This document shows positions 40,498 to 56,450 of a stretch of 64,000 bases of DNA, piece by piece. Source of the DNA: Eledone cirrhosa (Eukaryota); contig OZ024745.1 in NCBI GenBank assembly GCA_964016885.1, positions 91,946,001 through 92,010,000 of the forward strand, given 5' to 3'. Made by a program: the position numbers and the translations under genes. Position 1 is the first letter of the stretch. Every line of letters begins with the position of its first letter. The notes below the pieces were generated by a model. That model was not told the DNA's origin. It worked only from the letters and a program-made list of their open reading frames with translations, and searched no databases.

Positions 40498-43400
40498 ATT
40501 ATATTACTCTGTCTGAGTATCAAACATCTCCACTTGATACAGTAAGTTATATTACTCTGCCTGAGTTTCAAACAGCTCCACTAGATACAGTAAGTTATAT
40601 TACTCTGCCTGAGTATCAAGCAGCTCCACTAGATACAGTAAGTTATATTACTCTGTCTGAGTATCAAACAGCTCCACTAGATACAGTAAGTTTTATTACT
40701 CTGCCTGAGTATCAAACAGCTCCACTAGATACAGTAAGTTATATTACTCTGCCTGAGTATCAAACAGCTCCACTAGATACAGTAAGTTATATTACTCTGC
40801 CTGAGTATCAAACAGCTCCACTAGATACAGTAAGTTATATTACTCTGCCTGAGTATCAAGCAGCTCCACTAGATACAGTAAGTTATATTACTCTGTCTGA
40901 GTATCAAACAGCTCCACTAGATACAGTAAGTTTTATTACTCTGCTCGAGTATCAAACAGCTCCACTAGATACAGTAAGTTATATTACTCTGCCTGAATAT
41001 CAAACAGCTCCACTAGAGACAGTAAGTTATATTACTCTGTCTGAGTATCAAACAGCTCCACTTGATACAGTAAGTTATATTACTCTGTCTGATTATCAAA
41101 CAGCTCCCCCAGATACAGTAAGTTATTTTACTCTGCCTGAGTATCAAACAGCTCCACTAGATACAGTAAGTTATATTATTCTGTCTGAGTATCAAACAGC
41201 TCCACTAGATACAGTAAGTTATATTACTCTGTCTGAGTATCAAACAGCTCCACTAAATACAGTAAGTTATATTACTCTGTCTGCGTATCAAACAGCTCCA
41301 CTAGATACAGTAAGTTATATTACTCTGTCTGAGTATCAAACAGCTCCACTAGATAAAGTAAGTTATATTACTCTGCCTGAGTATTAAACAGCTCCACTAG
41401 ATACTGTAAGTTATATTACTCTGTCTGCGTATCAAACAGCTCCACTAGATACAGTAAGTTATATTACTCTGTCTGAGTATCAAACCGCTCCACTAGATAC
41501 AGTAAGTTATATTACTCTGCCTGAGTATCAAACAGCTCCACTAGATACAGTAAGTTATATTACTCTGTCTGATTATCAAACAGCTCCACTAGATACAGTA
41601 AGTTATATTACTCTGCCTGAGTATCAAACAGCTCCCCCAGATACAGTAAGTTATATTACTCTGCCTGAGTATCAAACAGCTCCACTAGATACAGTAAGTT
41701 ATATTATTCTGTCTGAGTATCAAACAGCTCCACTAGATACAGTAAGTTATATTACTCTGTCTGAGTATCAAACAGCTCCACTAGATACAGTAAGTTATAT
41801 TACTCTGCCTCAGTATCAAACAGCTCCACTAGATACAGTAAGTTATATTACTCAGCCTGAGTATCAAACAGCTCCACTAGATACAGTAAGTTATATTACT
41901 CTGTCTGAGTATCAAACAGCTCCACTATATACAGTAGGTTATATTACTCTGCCTGAGTATCAAACAGCTCCCCTAGATACAGTAGGTTATATTACTCTGC
42001 CTGAGTATCAAACAGCTCCACTAGATACAGTAAGTTATATTACTCTGCCTGAGTATCAAACAGCTCCACTAGATACAGTAAGTTATATTACTCTGCCTGA
42101 GTATCAAACAGCTCCACTAGATACAGTAAGTTATATTACTCTGCCTGAATATCAAACAGCTCCACTAGAGACAGTAAGTTATATTACTCTGCCTGAGTAT
42201 CAAACAGCTCCACTAGATAAACTAAGTTATATTACTCTGCCTGAGTATCAAACAGCTCCACTAGATACAGTAAGTTATATTACTCTGTCTGAGTATCAAA
42301 CAGCTCCACTAGATAAAGTAAGTTATATTACTCTGCCTGAGTATCAAGCAGCTCCACTAGATACAGTAAGTTATATTACTCTGTCTGATTATCAAACAGC
42401 TCCACTAGATACAGTAAGTTATATTACTCTGTCTGAGTATCAAACAGCTCCACTAGATACAGTAAGTTATATTACTCTGCCTGAGTATCAAACAGCTCCA
42501 CTAGATACAGTAAGTTATATTACTCAGTCTGAGTATCAAACACCTCCACTAAATACAGTAAGTTATATTACTCTGTCTGCGTATCAAACAGCTCCACTAG
42601 ATACAGTAAGTTATATTACTCTGTCTGAGTATCAAACAGCTCCACTAGATAAAGTAAGTTATATTACTCTGCCTGAGTATCAAACAGCTCCACTAGATAC
42701 TGTAAGTTATATTACTCTGTCTGCGTATCAAACAGCTCCACTAGATACAGTAAGTTATATTACTCTGTCTGAGTATCAAACCGCTCCACTAGATACAGTA
42801 AGTTATATTACTGTGCCTGAGTATCAAACAGCTCCACTAGATAAAGTAAGTTATATTACTCTGCCTGAGTATCAAACAGCTCCACTAGATAAAGTAAGTT
42901 ATATTACTCTGCCTGAGTATCAAACAGCTCCACTAGATACAGTAAGTTATATTACTCTGCCTGAGTATCAAACAGCTCCACTAGATACAGTAAGTTATAT
43001 TACTCTGTCTGATTATGAAACAGCTCCACTAGATACAGTAAGTTATATTACTCTGCCTGAGTATCAAACAGCTCCCCCAGATACAGTAAGTTGTATTACT
43101 CTGCCTGAGTATCAAACAGCTCCACTAGATACAGTAAGTTATGTTATTCTGTCTGAGTATCAAACAGCTCCACTAGATACAGTAAGTTATATTACTCTGT
43201 CTGAGTATCAAACAGCTCCACTAGATACAGTAAGTTATATTACTCTGCCTGAGTATCAAACAGCTCCACTAGATACAGTAAGTTATATTACTCTGCCTGA
43301 GTATCAAACAGCTCCACTAGATACAGTAAGTTATATTACTCTGTCTGAGTATCAAACAGCTCCACTAGATACAGTAGGTTATATTACTCTGCCTGAGTAT

Positions 43401-46400
43401 CAAACAGCTCCCCTAGATACAGTAGGTTATATTACTCTGTCTGAGTATCAAACAGCTCCACTAGATACAGTAATTATATTACTCTGTCTGAGTATCAAAC
43501 ATCTCCACTTGATACAGTAAGTTATATTACTCTGCCTGAGTTTCAAACAGCTCCACTAGATACAGTAAGTTATATTACTCTGCCTGAGTATCAAGCAGCT
43601 CCACTAGATACAGTAAGTTATATTACTCTGTCTGAGTATCAAACAGCTCCACTAGATACAGTAAGTTTTATTACTCTGCCTGAGTATCAAACAGCTCCAC
43701 TAGATACAGTAAGTTATATTACTCTGCCTGAGTATCAAACAGCTCCACTAGATACAGTAAGTTATATTACTCTGCCTGAGTATCAAACAGCTCCACTAGA
43801 TACAGTAAGTTATATTACTCTGCCTGAGTATCAAGCAGCTCCACTAGATACAGTAAGTTATATTACTCTGTCTGAGTATCAAACAGCTCCACTAGATACA
43901 GTAAGTTTTATTACTCTGCTCGAGTATCAAACAGCTCCACTAGATACAGTAAGTTATATTACTCTGCCTGAATATCAAACAGCTCCACTAGAGACAGTAA
44001 GTTATATTACTCTGTCTGAGTATCAAACAGCTCCACTAGATACAGTAAGTTATATTACTCTGTCTGAGTATCAAACAGCTCCACTTGATACAGTAAGTTA
44101 TATTACTCTGTCTGATTATCAAACAGCTCCCCCAGATACAGTAAGTTATTTTACTCTGCCTGAGTATCAAACAGCTCCACTAGATACAGTAAGTTATATT
44201 ATTCTGTCTGAGTATCAAACAGCTCCACTAGATACAGTAAGTTATATTACTCTGTCTGAGTATCAAACAGCTCCACTAAATACAGTAAGTTATATTACTC
44301 TGTCTGCGTATCAAACAGCTCCACTAGATACAGTAAGTTATATTACTCTGTCTGAGTATCAAACAGCTCCACTAGATAAAGTAAGTTATATTACTCTGCC
44401 TGAGTATTAAACAGCTCCACTAGATACTGTAAGTTATATTACTCTGTCTGCGTATCAAACAGCTCCACTAGATACAGTAAGTTATATTACTCTGTCTGAG
44501 TATCAAACCGCTCCACTAGATACAGTAAGTTATATTACTCTGCCTGAGTATCAAACAGCTCCACTAGATACAGTAAGTTATATTACTCTGTCTGATTATC
44601 AAACAGCTCCACTAGATACAGTAAGTTATATTACTCTGCCTGAGTATCAAACAGCTCCCCCAGATACAGTAAGTTATATTACTCTGCCTGAGTATCAAAC
44701 AGCTCCACTAGATACAGTAAGTTATATTATTCTGTCTGAGTATCAAACAGCTCCACTAGATACAGTAAGTTATATTACTCTGTCTGAGTATCAAACAGCT
44801 CCACTAGATACAGTAAGTTATATTACTCTGCCTCAGTATCAAACAGCTCCACTAGATACAGTAAGTTATATTACTCTGTCTGAGTATCAAACAGCTCCAC
44901 TATATACAGTAGGTTATATTACTCTGCCTGAGTATCAAACAGCTCCCCTAGATACAGTAGGTTATATTACTCTGCCTGAGTATCAAACAGCTCCACTAGA
45001 TACAGTAAGTTATATTACTCTGCCTGAGTATCAAACAGCTCCACTAGATACAGTAAGTTATATTACTCTGCCTGAGTATCAAACAGCTCCACTAGATACA
45101 GTAAGTTATATTACTCTGCCTGAGTATCAAGCAGCTCCACTAGATACAGTAAGTTATATTACTCTGTCTGAGTATCAAACAGCTCCACTAAATACAGTAA
45201 GTTATATTACTCTGTCTGCGTATCAAACAGCTCCACTAGATACAGTAAGTTATATTACTCTGTCTGAGTATCAAACAGCTCCACTAGATAAAGTAAGTTA
45301 TATTACTCTGCCTGAGTATTAAACAGCTCCACTAGATACTGTAAGTTATATTACTCTGTCTGCGTATCAAACAGCTCCACTAGATACAGTAAGTTATATT
45401 ACTCTGTCTGAGTATCAAACCGCTCCACTAGATACAGTAAGTTATATTACTCTGCCTGAGTATCAAACAGCTCCACTAGATACAGTAAGTTATATTACTC
45501 TGTCTGATTATCAAACAGCTCCACTAGATACAGTAAGTTATATTACTCTGCCTGAGTATCAAACAGCTCCCCCAGATACAGTAAGTTATATTACTCTGCC
45601 TGAGTATCAAACAGCTCCACTAGATACAGTAAGTTATATTATTCTGTCTGAGTATCAAACAGCTCCACTAGATACAGTAAGTTATATTACTCTGTCTGAG
45701 TATCAAACAGCTCCACTAGATACAGTAAGTTATATTACTCTGCCTCAGTATCAAACAGCTCCACTAGATACAGTAAGTTATATTACTCTGTCTGAGTATC
45801 AAACAGCTCCACTATATACAGTAGGTTATATTACTCTGCCTGAGTATCAAACAGCTCCCCTAGATACAGTAGGTTATATTACTCTGCCTGAGTATCAAAC
45901 AGCTCCCCTAGATACAGTAGGTTATATTACTCTGCCTGAGTATCAAACAGCTCCACTAGATACAGTAAGTTATATTACTCTGCCTGAGTATCAAACAGCT
46001 CCACTAGATACAGTAAGTTATATTACTCTGCCTGAGTATCAAACAGCTCCACTAGATACAGTAAGTTATATTACTCTGCCTGAGTATCAAGCAGCTCCAC
46101 TAGATACAGTAAGTTATATTACTCTGTCTGAGTATCAAACAGCTCCACTAGATACAGTAAGTTTTATTACTCTGCCTGAGTATCAAACAGCTCCACTAGA
46201 TACAGTAAGTTATATTACTCTGCCTGAATATCAAACAGCTCCACTAGATACAGTAAGTTATATTACTCTGCCTGAGTATCAAGCAGCTCCACTAGATACA
46301 GTAAGTTATATTACTCTGTCTGAGTATCAAACAGCTCCACTAGATACAGTAAGTTTTATTACTCTGCCTGAGTATCAAACAGCTCCACTAGATACAGTAA

Positions 46401-49400
46401 GTTATATTACTCTGCCTGAGTATCAAACAGCTCCACTAGATACAGTAAGTTATATTACTCTGCCTGAGTATCAAACAGCTCCACTAGATACAGTAAGTTA
46501 TATTACTCTGTCTGATTATCAAACAGCTCCCCTAGATACAGTAGGTTATATTACTCTGTCTGAGTATCAAACAGCTCCACTAGATACAGTAATTATATTA
46601 CTCTGTCTGAGTATCAAACATCTCCACTTGATACAGTAAGTTATATTACTCTGCCTGAGTTTCAAACAGCTCCACTAGATACAGTAAGTTATATTACTCT
46701 GCCTGAGTATCAAGCAGCTCCACTAGATACAGTAAGTTATATTACTCTGTCTGAGTATCAAACAGCTCCACTAGATACAGTAAGTTTTATTACTCTGCCT
46801 GAGTATCAAACAGCTCCACTAGATACAGTAAGTTATATTACTCTGCCTGAGTATCAAACAGCTCCACTAGATACAGTAAGTTATATTACTCTGCCTGAGT
46901 ATCAAACAGCTCCACTAGATACAGTAAGTTATATTACTCTGCCTGAGTATCAAGCAGCTCCACTAGATACAGTAAGTTATATTACTCTGTCTGAGTATCA
47001 AACAGCTCCACTAGATACAGTAAGTTTTATTACTCTGCTCGAGTATCAAACAGCTCCACTAGATACAGTAAGTTATATTACTCTGCCTGAATATCAAACA
47101 GCTCCACTAGAGACAGTAAGTTATATTACTCTGTCTGAGTATCAAACAGCTCCACTAGATACAGTAAGTTATATTACTCTGTCTGAGTATCAAACAGCTC
47201 CACTTGATACAGTAAGTTATATTACTCTGTCTGATTATCAAACAGCTCCCCCAGATACAGTAAGTTATTTTACTCTGCCTGAGTATCAAACAGCTCCACT
47301 AGATACAGTAAGTTATATTATTCTGTCTGAGTATCAAACAGCTCCACTAGATACAGTAAGTTATATTACTCTGTCTGAGTATCAAACAGCTCCACTAAAT
47401 ACAGTAAGTTATATTACTCTGTCTGCGTATCAAACAGCTCCACTAGATACAGTAAGTTATATTACTCTGTCTGAGTATCAAACAGCTCCACTAGATAAAG
47501 TAAGTTATATTACTCTGCCTGAGTATTAAACAGCTCCACTAGATACTGTAAGTTATATTACTCTGTCTGCGTATCAAACAGCTCCACTAGATACAGTAAG
47601 TTATATTACTCTGTCTGAGTATCAAACCGCTCCACTAGATACAGTAAGTTATATTACTCTGCCTGAGTATCAAACAGCTCCACTAGATACAGTAAGTTAT
47701 ATTACTCTGTCTGATTATCAAACAGCTCCACTAGATACAGTAAGTTATATTACTCTGCCTGAGTATCAAACAGCTCCCCCAGATACAGTAAGTTATATTA
47801 CTCTGCCTGAGTATCAAACAGCTCCACTAGATACAGTAAGTTATATTATTCTGTCTGAGTATCAAACAGCTCCACTAGATACAGTAAGTTATATTACTCT
47901 GTCTGAGTATCAAACAGCTCCACTAGATACAGTAAGTTATATTACTCTGCCTCAGTATCAAACAGCTCCACTAGATACAGTAAGTTATATTACTCTGTCT
48001 GAGTATCAAACAGCTCCACTATATACAGTAGGTTATATTACTCTGCCTGAGTATCAAACAGCTCCCCTAGATACAGTAGGTTATATTACTCTGCCTGAGT
48101 ATCAAACAGCTCCACTAGATACAGTAAGTTATATTACTCTGCCTGAGTATCAAACAGCTCCACTAGATACAGTAAGTTATATTACTCTGCCTGAGTATCA
48201 AACAGCTCCACTAGATACAGTAAGTTATATTACTCTGCCTGAGTATCAAGCAGCTCCACTAGATACAGTAAGTTATATTACTCTGTCTGAGTATCAAACA
48301 GCTCCACTAAATACAGTAAGTTATATTACTCTGTCTGCGTATCAAACAGCTCCACTAGATACAGTAAGTTATATTACTCTGTCTGAGTATCAAACAGCTC
48401 CACTAGATAAAGTAAGTTATATTACTCTGCCTGAGTATTAAACAGCTCCACTAGATACTGTAAGTTATATTACTCTGTCTGCGTATCAAACAGCTCCACT
48501 AGATACAGTAAGTTATATTACTCTGTCTGAGTATCAAACCGCTCCACTAGATACAGTAAGTTATATTACTCTGCCTGAGTATCAAACAGCTCCACTAGAT
48601 ACAGTAAGTTATATTACTCTGTCTGATTATCAAACAGCTCCACTAGATACAGTAAGTTATATTACTCTGCCTGAGTATCAAACAGCTCCCCCAGATACAG
48701 TAAGTTATATTACTCTGCCTGAGTATCAAACAGCTCCACTAGATACAGTAAGTTATATTATTCTGTCTGAGTATCAAACAGCTCCACTAGATACAGTAAG
48801 TTATATTACTCTGTCTGAGTATCAAACAGCTCCACTAGATACAGTAAGTTATATTACTCTGCCTCAGTATCAAACAGCTCCACTAGATACAGTAAGTTAT
48901 ATTACTCTGTCTGAGTATCAAACAGCTCCACTATATACAGTAGGTTATATTACTCTGCCTGAGTATCAAACAGCTCCCCTAGATACAGTAGGTTATATTA
49001 CTCTGCCTGAGTATCAAACAGCTCCCCTAGATACAGTAGGTTATATTACTCTGCCTGAGTATCAAACAGCTCCACTAGATACAGTAAGTTATATTACTCT
49101 GCCTGAGTATCAAACAGCTCCACTAGATACAGTAAGTTATATTACTCTGCCTGAGTATCAAACAGCTCCACTAGATACAGTAAGTTATATTACTCTGCCT
49201 GAGTATCAAGCAGCTCCACTAGATACAGTAAGTTATATTACTCTGTCTGAGTATCAAACAGCTCCACTAGATACAGTAAGTTTTATTACTCTGCCTGAGT
49301 ATCAAACAGCTCCACTAGATACAGTAAGTTATATTACTCTGCCTGAATATCAAACAGCTCCACTAGATACAGTAAGTTATATTACTCTGCCTGAGTATCA

Positions 49401-51300
49401 AGCAGCTCCACTAGATACAGTAAGTTATATTACTCTGTCTGAGTATCAAACAGCTCCACTAGATACAGTAAGTTTTATTACTCTGCCTGAGTATCAAACA
49501 GCTCCACTAGATACAGTAAGTTATATTACTCTGCCTGAGTATCAAACAGCTCCACTAGATACAGTAAGTTATATTACTCTGCCTGAGTATCAAACAGCTC
49601 CACTAGATACAGTAAGTTATATTACTCTGTCTGATTATCAAACAGCTCCCCTAGATACAGTAGGTTATATTACTCTGTCTGAGTATCAAACAGCTCCACT
49701 AGATACAGTAATTATATTACTCTGTCTGAGTATCAAACATCTCCACTTGATACAGTAAGTTATATTACTCTGCCTGAGTTTCAAACAGCTCCACTAGATA
49801 CAGTAAGTTATATTACTCTGCCTGAGTATCAAGCAGCTCCACTAGATACAGTAAGTTATATTACTCTGTCTGAGTATCAAACAGCTCCACTAGATACAGT
49901 AAGTTTTATTACTCTGCCTGAGTATCAAACAGCTCCACTAGATACAGTAAGTTATATTACTCTGCCTGAGTATCAAACAGCTCCACTAGATACAGTAAGT
50001 TATATTACTCTGCCTGAGTATCAAACAGCTCCACTAGATACAGTAAGTTATATTACTCTGCCTGAGTATCAAGCAGCTCCACTAGATACAGTAAGTTATA
50101 TTACTCTGTCTGAGTATCAAACAGCTCCACTAGATACAGTAAGTTTTATTACTCTGCTCGAGTATCAAACAGCTCCACTAGATACAGTAAGTTATATTAC
50201 TCTGCCTGAATATCAAACAGCTCCACTAGAGACAGTAAGTTATATTACTCTGTCTGAGTATCAAACAGCTCCACTAGATACAGTAAGTTATATTACTCTG
50301 TCTGAGTATCAAACAGCTCCACTTGATACAGTAAGTTATATTACTCTGTCTGATTATCAAACAGCTCCCCCAGATACAGTAAGTTATTTTACTCTGCCTG
50401 AGTATCAAACAGCTCCACTAGATACAGTAAGTTATATTATTCTGTCTGAGTATCAAACAGCTCCACTAGATACAGTAAGTTATATTACTCTGTCTGAGTA
50501 TCAAACAGCTCCACTAAATACAGTAAGTTATATTACTCTGTCTGCGTATCAAACAGCTCCACTAGATACAGTAAGTTATATTACTCTGTCTGAGTATCAA
50601 ACAGCTCCACTAGATAAAGTAAGTTATATTACTCTGCCTGAGTATTAAACAGCTCCACTAGATACTGTAAGTTATATTACTCTGTCTGCGTATCAAACAG
50701 CTCCACTAGATACAGTAAGTTATATTACTCTGTCTGAGTATCAAACCGCTCCACTAGATACAGTAAGTTATATTACTCTGCCTGAGTATCAAACAGCTCC
50801 ACTAGATACAGTAAGTTATATTACTCTGTCTGATTATCAAACAGCTCCACTAGATACAGTAAGTTATATTACTCTGCCTGAGTATCAAACAGCTCCCCCA
50901 GATACAGTAAGTTATATTACTCTGCCTGAGTATCAAACAGCTCCACTAGATACAGTAAGTTATATTATTCTGTCTGAGTATCAAACAGCTCCACTAGATA
51001 CAGTAAGTTATATTACTCTGTCTGAGTATCAAACAGCTCCACTAGATACAGTAAGTTATATTACTCTGCCTCAGTATCAAACAGCTCCACTAGATACAGT
51101 AAGTTATATTACTCTGTCTGAGTATCAAACAGCTCCACTATATACAGTAGGTTATATTACTCTGCCTGAGTATCAAACAGCTCCCCTAGATACAGTAGGT
51201 TATATTACTCTGCCTGAGTATCAAACAGCTCCACTAGATACAGTAAGTTATATTACTCTGCCTGAGTATCAAACAGCTCCACTAGATACAGTAAGTTATA
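40498..51300. repeat. 62/65-monomer (2975/3119-bp) higher-order repeat, type C lineage
   Basis: Deletion markers lie at 40498, 43473, 46592 and 49711, and the CTGCTCGAG variant at 40944, 43919, 47038 and 50157 (offsets 2975, 3119, 3119). Confidence 0.92.
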
Positions 51301-54300
51301 TTACTCTGCCTGAGTATCAAACAGCTCCACTAGATACAGTAAGTTATATTACTCTGCCTGAGTATCAAGCAGCTCCACTAGATACAGTAAGTTATATTAC
51401 TCTGTCTGAGTATCAAACAGCTCCACTAAATACAGTAAGTTATATTACTCTGTCTGCGTATCAAACAGCTCCACTAGATACAGTAAGTTATATTACTCTG
51501 TCTGAGTATCAAACAGCTCCACTAGATAAAGTAAGTTATATTACTCTGCCTGAGTATTAAACAGCTCCACTAGATACTGTAAGTTATATTACTCTGTCTG
51601 CGTATCAAACAGCTCCACTAGATACAGTAAGTTATATTACTCTGTCTGAGTATCAAACCGCTCCACTAGATACAGTAAGTTATATTACTCTGCCTGAGTA
51701 TCAAACAGCTCCACTAGATACAGTAAGTTATATTACTCTGTCTGATTATCAAACAGCTCCACTAGATACAGTAAGTTATATTACTCTGCCTGAGTATCAA
51801 ACAGCTCCCCCAGATACAGTAAGTTATATTACTCTGCCTGAGTATCAAACAGCTCCACTAGATACAGTAAGTTATATTATTCTGTCTGAGTATCAAACAG
51901 CTCCACTAGATACAGTAAGTTATATTACTCTGTCTGAGTATCAAACAGCTCCACTAGATACAGTAAGTTATATTACTCTGCCTCAGTATCAAACAGCTCC
52001 ACTAGATACAGTAAGTTATATTACTCTGTCTGAGTATCAAACAGCTCCACTATATACAGTAGGTTATATTACTCTGCCTGAGTATCAAACAGCTCCCCTA
52101 GATACAGTAGGTTATATTACTCTGCCTGAGTATCAAACAGCTCCACTAGATACAGTAAGTTATATTACTCTGCCTGAGTATCAAACAGCTCCACTAGATA
52201 CAGTAAGTTATATTACTCTGCCTGAGTATCAAACAGCTCCACTAGATACAGTAAGTTATATTACTCTGCCTGAGTATCAAGCAGCTCCACTAGATACAGT
52301 AAGTTATATTACTCTGTCTGAGTATCAAACAGCTCCACTAAATACAGTAAGTTATATTACTCTGTCTGCGTATCAAACAGCTCCACTAGATACAGTAAGT
52401 TATATTACTCTGTCTGAGTATCAAACAGCTCCACTAGATAAAGTAAGTTATATTACTCTGCCTGAGTATTAAACAGCTCCACTAGATACTGTAAGTTATA
52501 TTACTCTGTCTGCGTATCAAACAGCTCCACTAGATACAGTAAGTTATATTACTCTGTCTGAGTATCAAACCGCTCCACTAGATACAGTAAGTTATATTAC
52601 TCTGCCTGAGTATCAAACAGCTCCACTAGATACAGTAAGTTATATTACTCTGTCTGATTATCAAACAGCTCCACTAGATACAGTAAGTTATATTACTCTG
52701 CCTGAGTATCAAACAGCTCCCCCAGATACAGTAAGTTATATTACTCTGCCTGAGTATCAAACAGCTCCACTAGATACAGTAAGTTATATTATTCTGTCTG
52801 AGTATCAAACAGCTCCACTAGATACAGTAAGTTATATTACTCTGTCTGAGTATCAAACAGCTCCACTAGATAAAGTAAGTTATATTACTCTGCCTGAGTA
52901 TTAAACAGCTCCACTAGATACTGTAAGTTATATTACTCTGTCTGCGTATCAAACAGCTCCACTAGATACAGTAAGTTATATTACTCTGTCTGAGTATCAA
53001 ACCGCTCCACTAGATACAGTAAGTTATATTACTCTGCCTGAGTATCAAACAGCTCCACTAGATACAGTAAGTTATATTACTCTGTCTGATTATCAAACAG
53101 CTCCACTAGATACAGTAAGTTATATTACTCTGCCTGAGTATCAAACAGCTCCCCCAGATACAGTAAGTTATATTACTCTGCCTGAGTATCAAACAGCTCC
53201 ACTAAATACAGTAAGTTATATTACTCTGTCTGCGTATCAAACAGCTCCACTAGATACAGTAAGTTATATTACTCTGTCTGAGTATCAAACAGCTCCACTA
53301 GATAAAGTAAGTTATATTACTCTGCCTGAGTATTAAACAGCTCCACTAGATACTGTAAGTTATATTACTCTGTCTGCGTATCAAACAGCTCCACTAGATA
53401 CAGTAAGTTATATTACTCTGTCTGAGTATCAAACCGCTCCACTAGATCCAGTAAGTTATATTACTCTGCCTGAGTATCAAACAGCTCCACTAGATACAGT
53501 AAGTTATATTACTCTGTCTGATTATCAAACAGCTCCACTAGATACAGTAAGTTATATTACTCTGCCTGAGTATCAAACAGCTCCCCCAGATACAGTAAGT
53601 TATATTACTCTGCCTGAGTATCAAACAGCTCCACTAGATACAGTAAGTTATATTATTCTGTCTGAGTATCAAACAGCTCCACTAGATACAGTAAGTTATA
53701 TTACTCTGTCTGAGTATCAAACAGCTCCACTAGATACAGTAAGTTATATTACTCTGCCTCAGTATCAAACAGCTCCACTAGATACAGTAAGTTATATTAC
53801 TCTGTCTGAGTATCAAACAGCTCCACTATATACAGTAGGTTATATTACTCTGCCTGAGTATCAAACAGCTCCCCTAGATACAGTAGGTTATATTACTCTG
53901 CCTGAGTATCAAACAGCTCCACTAGATACAGTAAGTTATATTACTCTGCCTGAGTATCAAACAGCTCCACTAGATACAGTAAGTTATATTACTCTGCCTG
54001 AGTATCAAACAGCTCCACTAGATACAGTAAGTTATATTACTCTGCCTGAGTATCAAGCAGCTCCACTAGATACAGTAAGTTATATTACTCTGTCTGAGTA
54101 TCAAACAGCTCCACTAAATACAGTAAGTTATATTACTCTGTCTGCGTATCAAACAGCTCCACTAGATACAGTAAGTTATATTACTCTGTCTGAGTATCAA
54201 ACAGCTCCACTAGATAAAGTAAGTTATATTACTCTGCCTGAGTATTAAACAGCTCCACTAGATACTGTAAGTTATATTACTCTGTCTGCGTATCAAACAG

Positions 54301-56450
54301 CTCCACTAGATACAGTAAGTTATATTACTCTGTCTGAGTATCAAACCGCTCCACTAGATACAGTAAGTTATATTACTCTGCCTGAGTATCAAACAGCTCC
54401 ACTAGATACAGTAAGTTATATTACTCTGTCTGATTATCAAACAGCTCCACTAGATACAGTAAGTTATATTACTCTGCCTGAGTATCAAACAGCTCCCCCA
54501 GATACAGTAAGTTATATTACTCTGCCTGAGTATCAAACAGCTCCACTAGATACAGTAAGTTATATTATTCTGTCTGAGTATCAAACAGCTCCACTAGATA
54601 CAGTAAGTTATATTACTCTGTCTGAGTATCAAACAGCTCCACTAGATACAGTAAGTTATATTACTCTGCCTCAGTATCAAACAGCTCCACTAGATACAGT
54701 AAGTTATATTACTCTGTCTGAGTATCAAACAGCTCCACTATATACAGTAGGTTATATTACTCTGCCTGAGTATCAAACAGCTCCCCTAGATACAGTAGGT
54801 TATATTACTCTGCCTGAGTATCAAACAGCTCCACTAGATACAGTAAGTTATATTACTCTGCCTGAGTATCAAACAGCTCCACTAGATACAGTAAGTTATA
54901 TTACTCTGCCTGAGTATCAAACAGCTCCACTAGATACAGTAAGTTATATTACTCTGCCTGAGTATCAAGCAGCTCCACTAGATACAGTAAGTTATATTAC
55001 TCTGTCTGAGTATCAAACAGCTCCACTAAATACAGTAAGTTATATTACTCTGTCTGCGTATCAAACAGCTCCACTAGATACAGTAAGTTATATTACTCTG
55101 TCTGAGTATCAAACAGCTCCACTAGATAAAGTAAGTTATATTACTCTGCCTGAGTATTAAACAGCTCCACTAGATACTGTAAGTTATATTACTCTGTCTG
55201 CGTATCAAACAGCTCCACTAGATACAGTAAGTTATATTACTCTGTCTGAGTATCAAACCGCTCCACTAGATACAGTAAGTTATATTACTCTGCCTGAGTA
55301 TCAAACAGCTCCACTAGATACAGTAAGTTATATTACTCTGTCTGATTATCAAACAGCTCCACTAGATACAGTAAGTTATATTACTCTGCCTGAGTATCAA
55401 ACAGCTCCCCCAGATACAGTAAGTTATATTACTCTGCCTGAGTATCAAACAGCTCCACTAGATACAGTAAGTTATATTATTCTGTCTGAGTATCAAACAG
55501 CTCCACTAGATACAGTAAGTTATATTACTCTGTCTGAGTATCAAACAGCTCCACTAGATACAGTAAGTTATATTACTCTGCCTCAGTATCAAACAGCTCC
55601 ACTAGATACAGTAAGTTATATTACTCTGTCTGAGTATCAAACAGCTCCACTATATACAGTAGGTTATATTACTCTGCCTGAGTATCAAACAGCTCCCCTA
55701 GATACAGTAGGTTATATTACTCTGCCTGAGTATCAAACAGCTCCACTAGATACAGTAAGTTATATTACTCTGCCTGAGTATCAAACAGCTCCACTAGATA
55801 CAGTAAGTTATATTACTCTGCCTGAGTATCAAACAGCTCCACTAGATACAGTAAGTTATATTACTCTGCCTGAGTATCAAGCAGCTCCACTAGATACAGT
55901 AAGTTATATTACTCTGTCTGAGTATCAAACAGCTCCACTAAATACAGTAAGTTATATTACTCTGTCTGCGTATCAAACAGCTCCACTAGATACAGTAAGT
56001 TATATTACTCTGTCTGAGTATCAAACAGCTCCACTAGATAAAGTAAGTTATATTACTCTGCCTGAGTATTAAACAGCTCCACTAGATACTGTAAGTTATA
56101 TTACTCTGTCTGCGTATCAAACAGCTCCACTAGATACAGTAAGTTATATTACTCTGTCTGAGTATCAAACCGCTCCACTAGATACAGTAAGTTATATTAC
56201 TCTGCCTGAGTATCAAACAGCTCCACTAGATACAGTAAGTTATATTACTCTGTCTGATTATCAAACAGCTCCACTAGATACAGTAAGTTATATTACTCTG
56301 CCTGAGTATCAAACAGCTCCCCCAGATACAGTAAGTTATATTACTCTGCCTGAGTATCAAACAGCTCCACTAGATACAGTAAGTTATATTATTCTGTCTG
56401 AGTATCAAACAGCTCCACTAGATACAGTAAGTTATATTACTCTGTCTGAG
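50500..56450. repeat. 19-monomer (912-bp) higher-order repeat block with an internal 9+9-monomer irregularity
   Basis: The TAA variant lies at 50646, 51558, 52470, 52902, 53334, 54246, 55158 and 56070 (spacings 912, 912, 432, 432, 912, 912, 912). The 912 spacing also occurs at 44408/45320 and 47527/48439. Confidence 0.92.
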
